Both the position numbers and the translations under genes were made by a program. A model generated the notes under the pieces. That model searched no databases. It saw only the letters and a list, made by a program, of their open reading frames with translations, and was not told where the DNA came from. A stretch of 62,832 nt of DNA, counting the filler. It is 5 parts of 5 records of this genome, joined end to end, with 100 filler letters (N's around TTAATTAATTAA, not from the genome) between each part and the next. Parts side by side here need not be neighbours in the genome. Positions count along the whole stretch, not along the records: positions 1 to 18,722 come from DRR378314_2036; positions 18,823 to 28,411 come from DRR378314_2042; 3 more parts are not named here. One strand, written 5' to 3'. Shown here one piece after another: positions 9,620 through 18,948 of the stretch; position 1 is the stretch's first letter, and the number at the start of each line of letters is the position of its first letter.

Positions 9620-11299
9620 ATGAGTATTCTTGAATTCAACAATGTCAGTCAGAGCTTCGGCATAGGTTTGCATGCCACACATGTGCTTCGGGAGATCTCC
9701 CTCGAAGTGCAGGAAGGCGAATTTCTTGTGCTTCTCGGTTTCTCGGGCACGGGTAAGACCACCTTGATCAATCTTATGGCGGGGCTGGAAAAACCAACCC
9801 GTGGGCAGGTGACTTATCGTGGTGCACCCATCACCGGTCCCGGTCCGGAACGGGGTGTGATCTTTCAGAACTACAGCTTGATGCCATGGCTCACTGTCAG
9901 CGGTAACGTCAGCCTGGCGGTCGATACGGTCTTTCCGGGGCTGTCCAGGGCGGAGAAGGCGGCGAAGGTCGCCCACTACGTTGATATGGTTGGCCTGTCT
10001 CATGCCGGTGCGCGCCGCCCCGCGGAGCTCTCGGGTGGCATGCGTCAGCGGGTCAATGTTGCACGGGCCCTCGCCATGAACCCCGAGATGCTGCTGCTGG
10101 ATGAGCCGCTTTCGGCACTGGACGCGCTGACCCGCGCCAACCTCGCCGATGAAATCGAACGGATCTGGGAAGCAGACAAGAAGACCTGTGTGCTGATCAC
10201 CAATGACGTGGACGAGGCAATCATTCTGGCAGATCGGATTATTGCACTGAAACCGGATGGAAGCCTGGGACAAGAATTCACGGTCCAGATCCCACGGCCC
10301 CGTGATCGGATGGCGATGAACACCAATACCGCGTTCAAACACCTGCGCGCTGATGTCACCAAATATCTGATGGATGTGGGGATCGAGGCAAAAGTCGAAA
10401 ACACCCGCGCGTTGCCTGCTGTCACCCCGATTCACGACGTGCCGACCGCCATTCAGGAGGCTCAGAAGGGGCGGCTGGAGCACCGGTTCCTTGATTTTTC
10501 TCAGTTGCACAAGGTCTATCCGACGCCCAAGGGCCCGCTGACCGTCGTGGAGGATTTCGAGCTCAAGATCGACCGCGGTGAATTCATCTCTTTGATTGGA
10601 CATTCGGGCTGCGGGAAATCCACGGTGCTGACCATGGCAGCTGGGCTCAACGAGATTTCAAAGGGCGCGATTAAGCTTGATGGGCGGCATGTCGAAGGCG
10701 CCGATCCGGAGCGTGCAGTGGTGTTTCAATCCCCCAATCTGTTCCCCTGGCTGTCAGCGCGGGAAAATTGCGCCATCGGGGTCGACAAGGTATATCCCCG
10801 GGCCGGTCAGACAGAACGACAGGAGGTGGTCGAGTATTACCTTGAGCGCGTCGGCTTGGCCGCTGCAATGGACAAGCCCGCGTCGGAGATGTCGAACGGC
10901 ATGCAGCAACGTGTGGGGATTGCCCGGGCCTTTGCCCTGTCACCAAAACTCCTGTTGCTGGATGAACCCTTCGGCATGCTCGACAGCCTCACCCGGTGGG
11001 AACTGCAGGAAGTGCTGATGGAGGTTTGGTCGAGAACCAAGGTCACAGCGATTTGCGTCACCCATGATGTGGACGAAGCGATACTGCTGGCGGACCGCGT
11101 CGTGATGATGACGAACGGTCCGCAGGCCACGATCGGCAAGATCACCAACGTCGATCTGCCTCGCCCCCGAACACGCAAGGCGCTGTTGGCCCATCCCGAC
11201 TATTACACCTACCGGCAGGAGGTGCTCGATTTTCTTCAGGAATATGAACACGGCAGCTCTCCCAAGGTGTCTCCTCACAAGCCCCTGGCAGCGGAGTAA
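9620..11299 (+). CDS. Nitrate ABC transporter ATPase with two fused ABC domains (NrtC/NrtD-like)
   Basis: Two Walker A motifs (GFSGTGKT, GHSGCGKS), two signatures (LSGGMRQR, MSNGMQQR) and two LLLDEP motifs. Confidence 0.92.
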   Translation: MSILEFNNVSQSFGIGLHATHVLREISLEVQEGEFLVLLGFSGTGKTTLINLMAGLEKPTRGQVTYRGAPITGPGPERGVIFQNYSLMPWLTVSGNVSLAVDTVFPGLSRAEKAAKVAHYVDMVGLSHAGARRPAELSGGMRQRVNVARALAMNPEMLLLDEPLSALDALTRANLADEIERIWEADKKTCVLITNDVDEAIILADRIIALKPDGSLGQEFTVQIPRPRDRMAMNTNTAFKHLRADVTKYLMDVGIEAKVENTRALPAVTPIHDVPTAIQEAQKGRLEHRFLDFSQLHKVYPTPKGPLTVVEDFELKIDRGEFISLIGHSGCGKSTVLTMAAGLNEISKGAIKLDGRHVEGADPERAVVFQSPNLFPWLSARENCAIGVDKVYPRAGQTERQEVVEYYLERVGLAAAMDKPASEMSNGMQQRVGIARAFALSPKLLLLDEPFGMLDSLTRWELQEVLMEVWSRTKVTAICVTHDVDEAILLADRVVMMTNGPQATIGKITNVDLPRPRTRKALLAHPDYYTYRQEVLDFLQEYEHGSSPKVSPHKPLAAE

Positions 11300-11303
11300 G
11301 ACA

Positions 11304-13739
11304 ATGACAGAGAAACTGATAATTATCGGGGCTGGCATGGCTTCGGGCCGGCTGATCGAACAGTTGGTGGAAGATGCGCCGGACGCTTACGACATTACCC
11401 TGATCAATGCGGAGCCGCGCGGGAACTACAACCGCATTATGCTCAGCCCGGTGCTGGCGGGTGAAAAGACATATGATGAAATCGTCACCCATGACGCGGC
11501 ATTTTATGCGGATCACGATGTGACCTGCCATTTCGGCTGCTGGGTTACCAGTCTGGATAGCGAGGCCAAGACTGTCACCACCGATGGGGGGCTTTCGCTT
11601 TCTTATGACAAGCTGGTTTTCGGGACCGGGTCGCATCCATTCATGATCCCACTTCCCGGTCATGATCTGCAGGGCGTCATTGCCTATCGCGATCTGGAAG
11701 ATACCGAACGCATGATGGCACTGAGTTCTGGGCAGAGTGCGGTGGTGATCGGTGGCGGCCTTCTCGGGCTGGAAGCCGCTGCTGGCATGGCTGCGCGGGG
11801 AGTGAATGTCACGGTGGTGCATATCATGGGGCATCTGATGGAGCGTCAGCTCGACGAGGCAGCAGGCTATCTGCTGAAAAAGGCACTCGAAGCCAAGGGA
11901 ATAACGGTGCTGACGTCGGCGAATTCAAAGGAAATCCGGGGCGAGGACGGCCATGTCAATGCGTTGATACTGGACGATGGCACGGCGCTGCCCTGCGATC
12001 TGCTCTGCATGGCTGTGGGCATTCGCCCCAACGTCGCGCTGGCGCAGCAGGCTGGACTGGCGGTCGGACGTGGCATCCATGTGGATGACCAGTTGGGAAC
12101 GTCGGTTGCGGATATCTACGCTGTCGGCGAATGCGTCGAACATGACGGTGCAGTCTTTGGTCTGGTTGCACCGCTTTATGACCAAGCCAACGTTCTTGCC
12201 AAAACCCTTCTGGGGGAGGCGGCCAGCTTCAAGCCAAAGACCCTGTCCACAAAGCTGAAAGTCACCGGATGCGATTTGTTCAGCGCGGGCGATTTCGCCG
12301 AAGGGGACGGGCGCGAAGACATCGTGTTTCGGGATCCGTCCCGCGGGGTCTACAAGCGTCTGGTCATTGAAAACGATCGCCTGACGGGGGCCGTGATGTA
12401 CGGCGATACCGCCGACAGCAACTGGTTCTTTGGACTGATCCAATCCGGTGAAGATATCTCGGGGATGCGCGAAACACTGATCTTCGGCCCGGCCTATCAG
12501 GGGGAGGGCGCCGCGGACCCTCTCTCAGCCGTTGTAGCATTGCCGCGTGAAGCGGAAATTTGCGGCTGCAACGGCATATCCAAGGGCACCATCACCGACG
12601 CCATCGCGGGGGGAGCCACTGATCTTGGAGCGCTCAAGGCGCAGACCAAGGCCAGCGCTTCTTGCGGGACGTGTACCGGACTTGTCGAACAGCTCTTGCA
12701 GGTCACGCTGGGGGAGGAGTTCCAGCTACCGACGGCGCAGCCGATATGCGGATGTTGTGACCTGACGCATGAAGACGTGCGCCGGCTGATCAAGGCGCAG
12801 GAGCTGAAGAGCCAGGAGGCCGTTTGGCAGGAGCTTGGCTGGAAGACCCGCAACGGCTGTCACATCTGTCGCCCGGCGGTGAATTTCTATCTGCTGGCAG
12901 ATTGGCCGCTGGACTATCAGGATGATCCGCAGAGCCGGTTTGTCAACGAACGCAAACACGCCAACATCCAGAAAGACGGGACATTCAGTGTTGTTCCCCG
13001 CATGTGGGGCGGCATCACTACCCCGCACGAACTACGTGCCATCGCGGACGCCGCTGAAAAGTACAACGTGCCCACCGTCAAGGTCACGGGCGGCCAACGT
13101 CTCGATTTGCTGGGCGTGAAAGGTGAGGATCTGCCATCTATCTGGGCTGATCTGAACAGTGCTGGCCTGGTGTCGGGGCATGCATACTCCAAAGGGCTGC
13201 GCACGGTGAAGACATGCGTCGGCACCGACCACTGCCGCTTTGGCACACAGGACAGCACCGGGCTCGGCATCAAGCTCGAGAAAATGCTCTGGGGCAGCTG
13301 GACTCCCCACAAGGTGAAGCTGGCGGTCTCCGGCTGCCCGCGCAACTGCGCCGAGGCCACCTGCAAGGATGTGGGGATCATCTGCGTTGATAGTGGCTAT
13401 CAGGTGGGTGTGGCGGGGGCGGCAGGTATGGATTTGCGTGAAACCGAACGCCTGGCGGATGTTGCAACGGAACAGGAGGCGATTGATCTCACGGTCGCCT
13501 TTATCCAGCTCTATCGCGAAAACGCCAAGTATCTCGACCGACCCTATCGTTGGGTCGAGAAGGTCGGGCTCGACTGGGTCAGGGAACGAGTTGCTGACGA
13601 CGCCGAGGAACGCACCCGTCTGATCGCCGCCTTTGAACTCAGCCAGTCCATCTATCGTCGCGATCCATGGGCGGATCATGCGAAACAGACGGAGCGGTTC
13701 CAGCCGCTGGCCGATTTGACGTTGGAGGCTGCGGAATGA
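11304..13739 (+). CDS. nirB: NADH-dependent siroheme nitrite reductase, large subunit
   Basis: GAGMA and GGGLLGLEAA FAD/NAD motifs, two BFD-like Cys clusters, KTCVGTDHCRFG and SGCPRNCAE. Confidence 0.95.
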   Translation: MTEKLIIIGAGMASGRLIEQLVEDAPDAYDITLINAEPRGNYNRIMLSPVLAGEKTYDEIVTHDAAFYADHDVTCHFGCWVTSLDSEAKTVTTDGGLSLSYDKLVFGTGSHPFMIPLPGHDLQGVIAYRDLEDTERMMALSSGQSAVVIGGGLLGLEAAAGMAARGVNVTVVHIMGHLMERQLDEAAGYLLKKALEAKGITVLTSANSKEIRGEDGHVNALILDDGTALPCDLLCMAVGIRPNVALAQQAGLAVGRGIHVDDQLGTSVADIYAVGECVEHDGAVFGLVAPLYDQANVLAKTLLGEAASFKPKTLSTKLKVTGCDLFSAGDFAEGDGREDIVFRDPSRGVYKRLVIENDRLTGAVMYGDTADSNWFFGLIQSGEDISGMRETLIFGPAYQGEGAADPLSAVVALPREAEICGCNGISKGTITDAIAGGATDLGALKAQTKASASCGTCTGLVEQLLQVTLGEEFQLPTAQPICGCCDLTHEDVRRLIKAQELKSQEAVWQELGWKTRNGCHICRPAVNFYLLADWPLDYQDDPQSRFVNERKHANIQKDGTFSVVPRMWGGITTPHELRAIADAAEKYNVPTVKVTGGQRLDLLGVKGEDLPSIWADLNSAGLVSGHAYSKGLRTVKTCVGTDHCRFGTQDSTGLGIKLEKMLWGSWTPHKVKLAVSGCPRNCAEATCKDVGIICVDSGYQVGVAGAAGMDLRETERLADVATEQEAIDLTVAFIQLYRENAKYLDRPYRWVEKVGLDWVRERVADDAEERTRLIAAFELSQSIYRRDPWADHAKQTERFQPLADLTLEAAE

Positions 13740-14065
13740 GCTGGATTGATATTTGCTCCATCGAGGACATTCCCCTGCGTGGGGCGCGCAAGATCAGGAC
13801 CGCGCTGGGCTGCGTTGCCGTATTTCGGACGGACGAAGCAGAGGTCTTCGCAGCCTCGGATACATGCCCTCACAAGGGCGGGCCATTGTCTGAGGGAATT
13901 GTACATGGGCAATCCGTCACCTGCCCGTTGCACAATTGGGTGTTCGATCTCAACACCGGCCAGGCACGGGCCGAAGAGGGAAGGATTGCGACCTACGCTC
14001 TGCGTGTCGAAGCAGGTCGTGTGTTGATCGACAGCGTGAACCTGTCAAACCGGAGTGCTGCTTGA
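13736..14065 (+). CDS. nirD: Nitrite reductase small subunit (Rieske)
   Basis: CPHKGGPLSEG and CPLHNW Rieske ligands; ATGA overlap with nirB. Confidence 0.93.
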   Translation: MSWIDICSIEDIPLRGARKIRTALGCVAVFRTDEAEVFAASDTCPHKGGPLSEGIVHGQSVTCPLHNWVFDLNTGQARAEEGRIATYALRVEAGRVLIDSVNLSNRSAA

Positions 14066-16695
14066 TGGACGGTGCAGGGCGGCCCTGGACCCGCTCCACC
14101 TGTCCTTATTGCGGAGTTGGGTGTGGTGTGGAGCTGCGCGCCGATGACGCGGGCAGGCTGGAGGTGCGCGGCGATACCGAGCACCCTGCCAACCGGGGGC
14201 GGCTGTGTTCGAAGGGCACCGCGCTGGCGGCGACGGTCGGGCTGGAACATCGCCTGCTTGCGCCTCGGGTGAACGGGCAGACCGCGGGATGGGACGACGC
14301 CTTGCAGCAGGTTGCAGACCGCTTCGCCGATACCATTGCGCAGCATGGCCCGGATAGCGTCGCCTTCTATGTTTCGGGGCAATTGCTGAGCGAAGACTAC
14401 TACGTTGCCAACAAGCTGATGAAAGGCTTCATCGGTTCGGCAAACATCGATACCAATTCGCGGCTTTGCATGGCGTCGTCCGTTGCCGGTCATAAACGCG
14501 CGTTCGGGGCCGATACTGTGCCTGGCACCTATGAGGACATCGACGAGGCGGATTTGGTGGTTCTCGTCGGATCCAACCTCGCATGGTGCCACCCGATCCT
14601 CCATCAACGTCTTCTGGCTGCGCGGGCGGCGCGTGGTACACGGATCATCGTAATCGATCCCAGACGCACGGCGAGCTGTGACAGCGCTGATCTGCATCTT
14701 GCATTGCAGCCGGGATCTGATGTCGCCTTGTTTAACCGGCTGTTGGTTGAGCTTCACGACGGTGGCGACATCGACGCAGGCTATCTTGCTCATACCCACG
14801 GCTTGGATGCGGCGCTGGCAGCTGCCCGCAGCGATGATTGCAAAGTGACCGGGCTGAGCGAGGCGGACATCACGAACTTCTGCCAAATGTGGGCGCGCAC
14901 CGAGCGCGTTGTGACTGTCTATTCTCAGGGGGTGAACCAATCCTCTGCCGGGACAGACAAGGTTAACGCCATCCTGAACTGTCATCTGGCAACGGGTCGC
15001 ATCGGGCGACCGGGATGTGGCCCCCTGTCGGTCACCGGCCAACCCAACGCGATGGGCGGGCGTGAAGTGGGCGGGCTGGCCAATGCGCTGGCCTGCCATC
15101 TGGATCTGGAGGACAGCAGACATCGCGCTGCGGTGCGTGACTTTTGGAATGCTCCGCATATGCCTGACACATCTGGCTTGAAGGCCGTGGACATGTTCCG
15201 TGCGATCGGCGACGGGCGGGTCAAGGCGCTCTGGATCATTCATACCAACCCGGCAGTATCGATGCCCGAGGCGGATGCGGTACGCGATGCCATTGCCGCC
15301 TGTCCCTTCACCGTGGTCAGCGATATCACGGCAGAAACCGATACGGCTCGACTAGCGGATGTGCTTCTGCCGGCCGCCGCTTGGGGTGAAAAGGACGGCA
15401 GCGTCACCAACAGCGACAGGACCATCAGCCGACAGCGCAGTGTCTTGCGCACGCCCGGTCAGGCGCGACCGGATTGGGCCATTCTGGCAGAGGTTGCGCA
15501 ACGGATGGGATTTGCAGAGGCTTTCGATTACAGCGGCCCGGCGGAGATATTTCGCGAACACGCCACTCTGTCGGGTATCGCCGGGCGGTTTGGACGTGAT
15601 TTCGACATTTCTGCGCTGAGCGGGCTGATCGACGACGCCTATGATACTTTCGTTCCGCAGCGCTGGCCGATCAAGGCTGCAGGCTCTGGCGGACGATTTT
15701 TTGGCGAAGGTGGGTTCTTTCACGCAGATGGCAAAGCGCGGATCGTGCCAGTCTGCTGGCGCGCGCCTGCCGCCAAGACGGAGCCACGCTATCCGTTTCG
15801 GCTGAACACCGGCAGGCTGCGGGATCAATGGCATACCATGACCCGAACTGCGTTGTCGCCCCTCCTGTCGGCGCATCTGCCTGAGCCATTTTTGGAAATC
15901 CATCCACAGGACGCCGCACGCCACGGGATCAGAGTGTCGGATCTGGTGACTGTGGAGAGCCCATGTGGGCGCGCAATCCTGCGGGCGCGCCTTTCCGATG
16001 CGGTGCAACCCGGTCAGGTGTTCGCACCAATGCACTGGACCGCAGAAACGGCCCCCTCGGCGCGGATCGATGCCGTTGTAGCCGCCACGACGGATCCCAT
16101 TTCCGGGCAGCCTGAAAGCAAGGCGAGTGTCGTGGCCGTCAGTCGGTTTGACGCGGCATGGTTCGGGTTTGCCGTATCGGCGGCACCGATGGCATTGCAG
16201 TCGGATTACTGGGCGCAGATCCGCACGCATCAGGGGTATCGCGCTGAGCTGGCCGGGCTGGCGATGAGTGCCGATTGGGAGGCGGAGGCACGCAGGCTGT
16301 TTTCTGCGCCGGAGGCCTCGGCATGCACGATCATGGATGAGACCCTTGGCACGGCGCGCGTCGTTCTGCATGTGGCCGGTATCATAACTGGTGCGCTTTT
16401 CATCGCTTCAGGCCCCGTTGCAGTAATGCGCGATTACCTGGCGACGTTGCCCGGAACGAATGCAGCACATGCGATCACGGGGCGGTCACCTGCGGATGTG
16501 CTCGATCCCGGCCCGATGCTGTGTTCCTGCTTCGGAGTTGGCCTCAACACAATTATCGACGCAGTGGAGACACGCGGTGCTTCGAGCGTTGAGACGATCG
16601 GAGAGGTGCTGGGCGCGGGAACAAATTGCGGATCCTGCCGCCCGGAGATTGCAGAGCTCTTGCACCGACTGCAGATGCGGGAAGCGGCAGAATGA
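14065..16695 (+). CDS. nasA: Assimilatory nitrate reductase catalytic subunit
   Basis: TCPYCGVGCG, NIDTNSRLCMASS, TGQPNAMGGREVGG, LNTGRLRDQWHTMTRT and a C-terminal BFD-like CSC...CGSC. Confidence 0.95.
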   Translation: MDGAGRPWTRSTCPYCGVGCGVELRADDAGRLEVRGDTEHPANRGRLCSKGTALAATVGLEHRLLAPRVNGQTAGWDDALQQVADRFADTIAQHGPDSVAFYVSGQLLSEDYYVANKLMKGFIGSANIDTNSRLCMASSVAGHKRAFGADTVPGTYEDIDEADLVVLVGSNLAWCHPILHQRLLAARAARGTRIIVIDPRRTASCDSADLHLALQPGSDVALFNRLLVELHDGGDIDAGYLAHTHGLDAALAAARSDDCKVTGLSEADITNFCQMWARTERVVTVYSQGVNQSSAGTDKVNAILNCHLATGRIGRPGCGPLSVTGQPNAMGGREVGGLANALACHLDLEDSRHRAAVRDFWNAPHMPDTSGLKAVDMFRAIGDGRVKALWIIHTNPAVSMPEADAVRDAIAACPFTVVSDITAETDTARLADVLLPAAAWGEKDGSVTNSDRTISRQRSVLRTPGQARPDWAILAEVAQRMGFAEAFDYSGPAEIFREHATLSGIAGRFGRDFDISALSGLIDDAYDTFVPQRWPIKAAGSGGRFFGEGGFFHADGKARIVPVCWRAPAAKTEPRYPFRLNTGRLRDQWHTMTRTALSPLLSAHLPEPFLEIHPQDAARHGIRVSDLVTVESPCGRAILRARLSDAVQPGQVFAPMHWTAETAPSARIDAVVAATTDPISGQPESKASVVAVSRFDAAWFGFAVSAAPMALQSDYWAQIRTHQGYRAELAGLAMSADWEAEARRLFSAPEASACTIMDETLGTARVVLHVAGIITGALFIASGPVAVMRDYLATLPGTNAAHAITGRSPADVLDPGPMLCSCFGVGLNTIIDAVETRGASSVETIGEVLGAGTNCGSCRPEIAELLHRLQMREAAE

Positions 16696-17642
16696 GCCTC
16701 GCAGAGCATGTGCGAACATTGGGGAGGGGGCCGGGCCGGTCCCGCGATCTGACGCAGGCAGAAGCACAGGACGCTATGGCGTGCATGCTGTCCGGCAAAG
16801 CTGATTCTGAAGCTGTCGGGGCGCTCCTCATGCTGCTGCGCATGAAAGGTGAAAATGCAGAGGAAATTGCAGGCCTCGTGCAGGCTGCGGCTTGGTCCAT
16901 GCCTAACTTGCCTCGCGTAGAACTGGACTGGCCCAGCTACGCGGCAGGTCGAACCCGTGGCCAGCCGTGGTTCTTGCTCTCTGCCAGACTGGTGGCGCAG
17001 GCGGGCCATCGCGTGTTGCTGCATGGCTGGAACGGGTCGAACCCCATCGTGCGTGCCGGGTTGGAACAGGCAGGGATCAGCATCGCCGCTACGCCTGAGG
17101 AGGTCGCGCGATACCTGGAGCGGGACAATATCGCCTACCTGCCGCTTGAAACCCTGTGTCCGGCGCTGTTCCATCTGCTGACCCTGCGCGACGTGCTTGG
17201 GCTACGTTCCTGCGTCAACACGGTCTGCCGGATGCTGAACCCGGCCAACGCCGCTGCCAGCGTTCAGGGAGTGTTCCACCCGTCCTATCGCCTGTTGCAA
17301 GCTGATGCAGCGGCCATTCTGGGGTGGAAGGCGCAGAGTGTCATCAAAGGGGCGGGCGGCGAATTCGAGCGTAACCCGGCCAAGGATATCACGGGATTTG
17401 GTCTGCGCGATGGTCGCGCGTGGCGACAGACGTTTGCTGCCCGTCGACATGACTCACGCCGGTTGGCAGGCGACGAAAACCTGACGCTGGAGCGCCTGTG
17501 GCAGGGGCAGGATACGCCCAGCTTCGAGACCGATCTCATCATTGACACGGCTGCGCTCGCGCTGGACACGCTGGGCCAGCCCGAGAGTACACGCCATGCC
17601 CGTGCACTTTGGCAAACGCGCCAAGTCGGGGCTGCGGCTTGA
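16692..17642 (+). CDS. YbiB/TrpD-like glycosyl transferase family 3 protein
   Basis: GALLMLLRMKGE, LDWPSYA, LRDVLGLRS and KGAGGEFERNP; ATGA overlap with nasA. Confidence 0.8.
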   Translation: MSLAEHVRTLGRGPGRSRDLTQAEAQDAMACMLSGKADSEAVGALLMLLRMKGENAEEIAGLVQAAAWSMPNLPRVELDWPSYAAGRTRGQPWFLLSARLVAQAGHRVLLHGWNGSNPIVRAGLEQAGISIAATPEEVARYLERDNIAYLPLETLCPALFHLLTLRDVLGLRSCVNTVCRMLNPANAAASVQGVFHPSYRLLQADAAAILGWKAQSVIKGAGGEFERNPAKDITGFGLRDGRAWRQTFAARRHDSRRLAGDENLTLERLWQGQDTPSFETDLIIDTAALALDTLGQPESTRHARALWQTRQVGAAA

Positions 17643-17785
17643 TCGGCAGGGGATATGTGGCGCGGGCGGCCCTTGCGGATTTCATACGCAGTGGAGCGGG
17701 GTCTGGCGCGGTCGCAGGTTGAGCAATGCTGAACGACGGGCGAGAGGTTTGACTTCGCGCGACGGAGTTGCTACCGGACATGTGA

Positions 17786-17872
17786 ACCGTTGGGGTGCCT
17801 CGTCGAGGCTGAGAGATGCGCAAGCGTTAACCCATCGAACCTGATCCGGGCAATTCCGGCGGAGGGAACGGT
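17786..17872 (+). ncRNA. TPP riboswitch
   Basis: GGGGTGC...GCTGAGA...AACCC...GAACCTGATCCGGGCAATTCCGGCGGAGGGA consensus, P1 ACCGTT/AACGGT, directly upstream of thiD. Confidence 0.95.
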
Positions 17873-17930
17873 CTTCTGATATGCAGACAGTTTCTATGCC
17901 CGGTGCCCTTTCGTCGTAAGGAGCATCGCT

Positions 17931-18722
17931 ATGGCGCATATCGCTTTGACCATTGCCGGGTCTGACAGTGGCGGCGGGGCCGGCATTCAGGCGGATCTGA
18001 AAACCATGTCTGCGCTTGGGGTCTATGGCGCCAGTGTAATCACCGCCATCACCGCGCAAAACACGCAGGCCGTGACGGGTGTGCATGGTATTCCGCTGGA
18101 CATGATCACCGCGCAGATCGACGCGGTGCTGAGTGATCTGGATGTGGGCGCGATCAAAATCGGGATGCTGGCAACGCCAGAGATCATCGACTGTGTCGCC
18201 CGGGCCATCGCAGACTTTGATGGCGCGGTTGTGCTTGACCCGGTGATGATTGCCAAATCCGGCGATGCGCTCTTGGCGCCCGAAGCGGTGTCCACGCTGT
18301 GCCGCGTGCTTCTGCCGCGCGCGCGGATCATCACCCCGAACCTGCCCGAAGCGGCCTGCCTGGTGGACTGTCCTACCGCCACATCCGCGCAGGATATGGT
18401 CGAACAGGGCCGCGCCCTCTGTGCGTTGGGGGCGCAGGCGGTTCTGATGAAGGGCGGTCATGCCGAGGGTGAAATCTGCGAGGACATCCTGATTGAGGCT
18501 GGCGCGGAGGTTGCGCGCTTCAGCGCGGCGCGTCAGCACACCAAGAACACTCATGGCACCGGCTGCACCCTGTCGTCTGCCATTGCGGCCGGGCTGGCCA
18601 AGGGGCTGCCACTTGACGCGGCGGTGTCAGAAGCGCACGGCTATCTGCAAGGCGCTATCGCAGCGGCGGATGATCTGCAGATCGGTCAGGGCCACGGGCC
18701 GGTTCACCATTTTCACAGGTTC
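17931..18722 (+). CDS. thiD: Hydroxymethylpyrimidine/phosphomethylpyrimidine kinase (stop lost at contig end)
   Basis: LTIAGSDSGGGAGIQADLKT, DPVMIAKSG, THGTGCTLSSAIAA and GHGPVHHF. Confidence 0.95.
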
Positions 18723-18822
18723 NNNNNNNNNNNNNNNNNNNNNNNNNNNNNNNNNNNNNNNNNNNNTTAATTAATTAANNNNNNNNNNNNNNNNNNNNNN
18801 NNNNNNNNNNNNNNNNNNNNNN
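18723..18822. other. Artificial contig spacer
   Basis: N44-TTAATTAATTAA-N44 (stops in six frames); base composition changes across it. Confidence 0.99.
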
Positions 18823-18948
18823 CTGCATCTTGAGGTGGCTTGGGTATATAAGTAGTGTATTTTTATAGAAGGCTTAAAGGGATCTAAATAGTGTGCCTTG
18901 ACGTAAGATATACCCAATTAATAAACAGTTTTTTAAGCGTGATAGTGT

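Noticed and set aside
9620-11299. Fused double-ATPase nitrate transporter as a novelty
   Set aside because: To my knowledge this fusion is common in such clusters.
7441-18554. Long antisense ORFs (367, 533, 416, 339, 290 aa) over the nas and thiD genes
   Set aside because: Shadow ORFs expected in GC-rich coding DNA; no motifs.
18767-18778. Recurrent TTAATTAATTAA palindrome (also 28456, 43308, 56056) as a biological repeat
   Set aside because: Always centred in identical N padding; it is an artificial linker.
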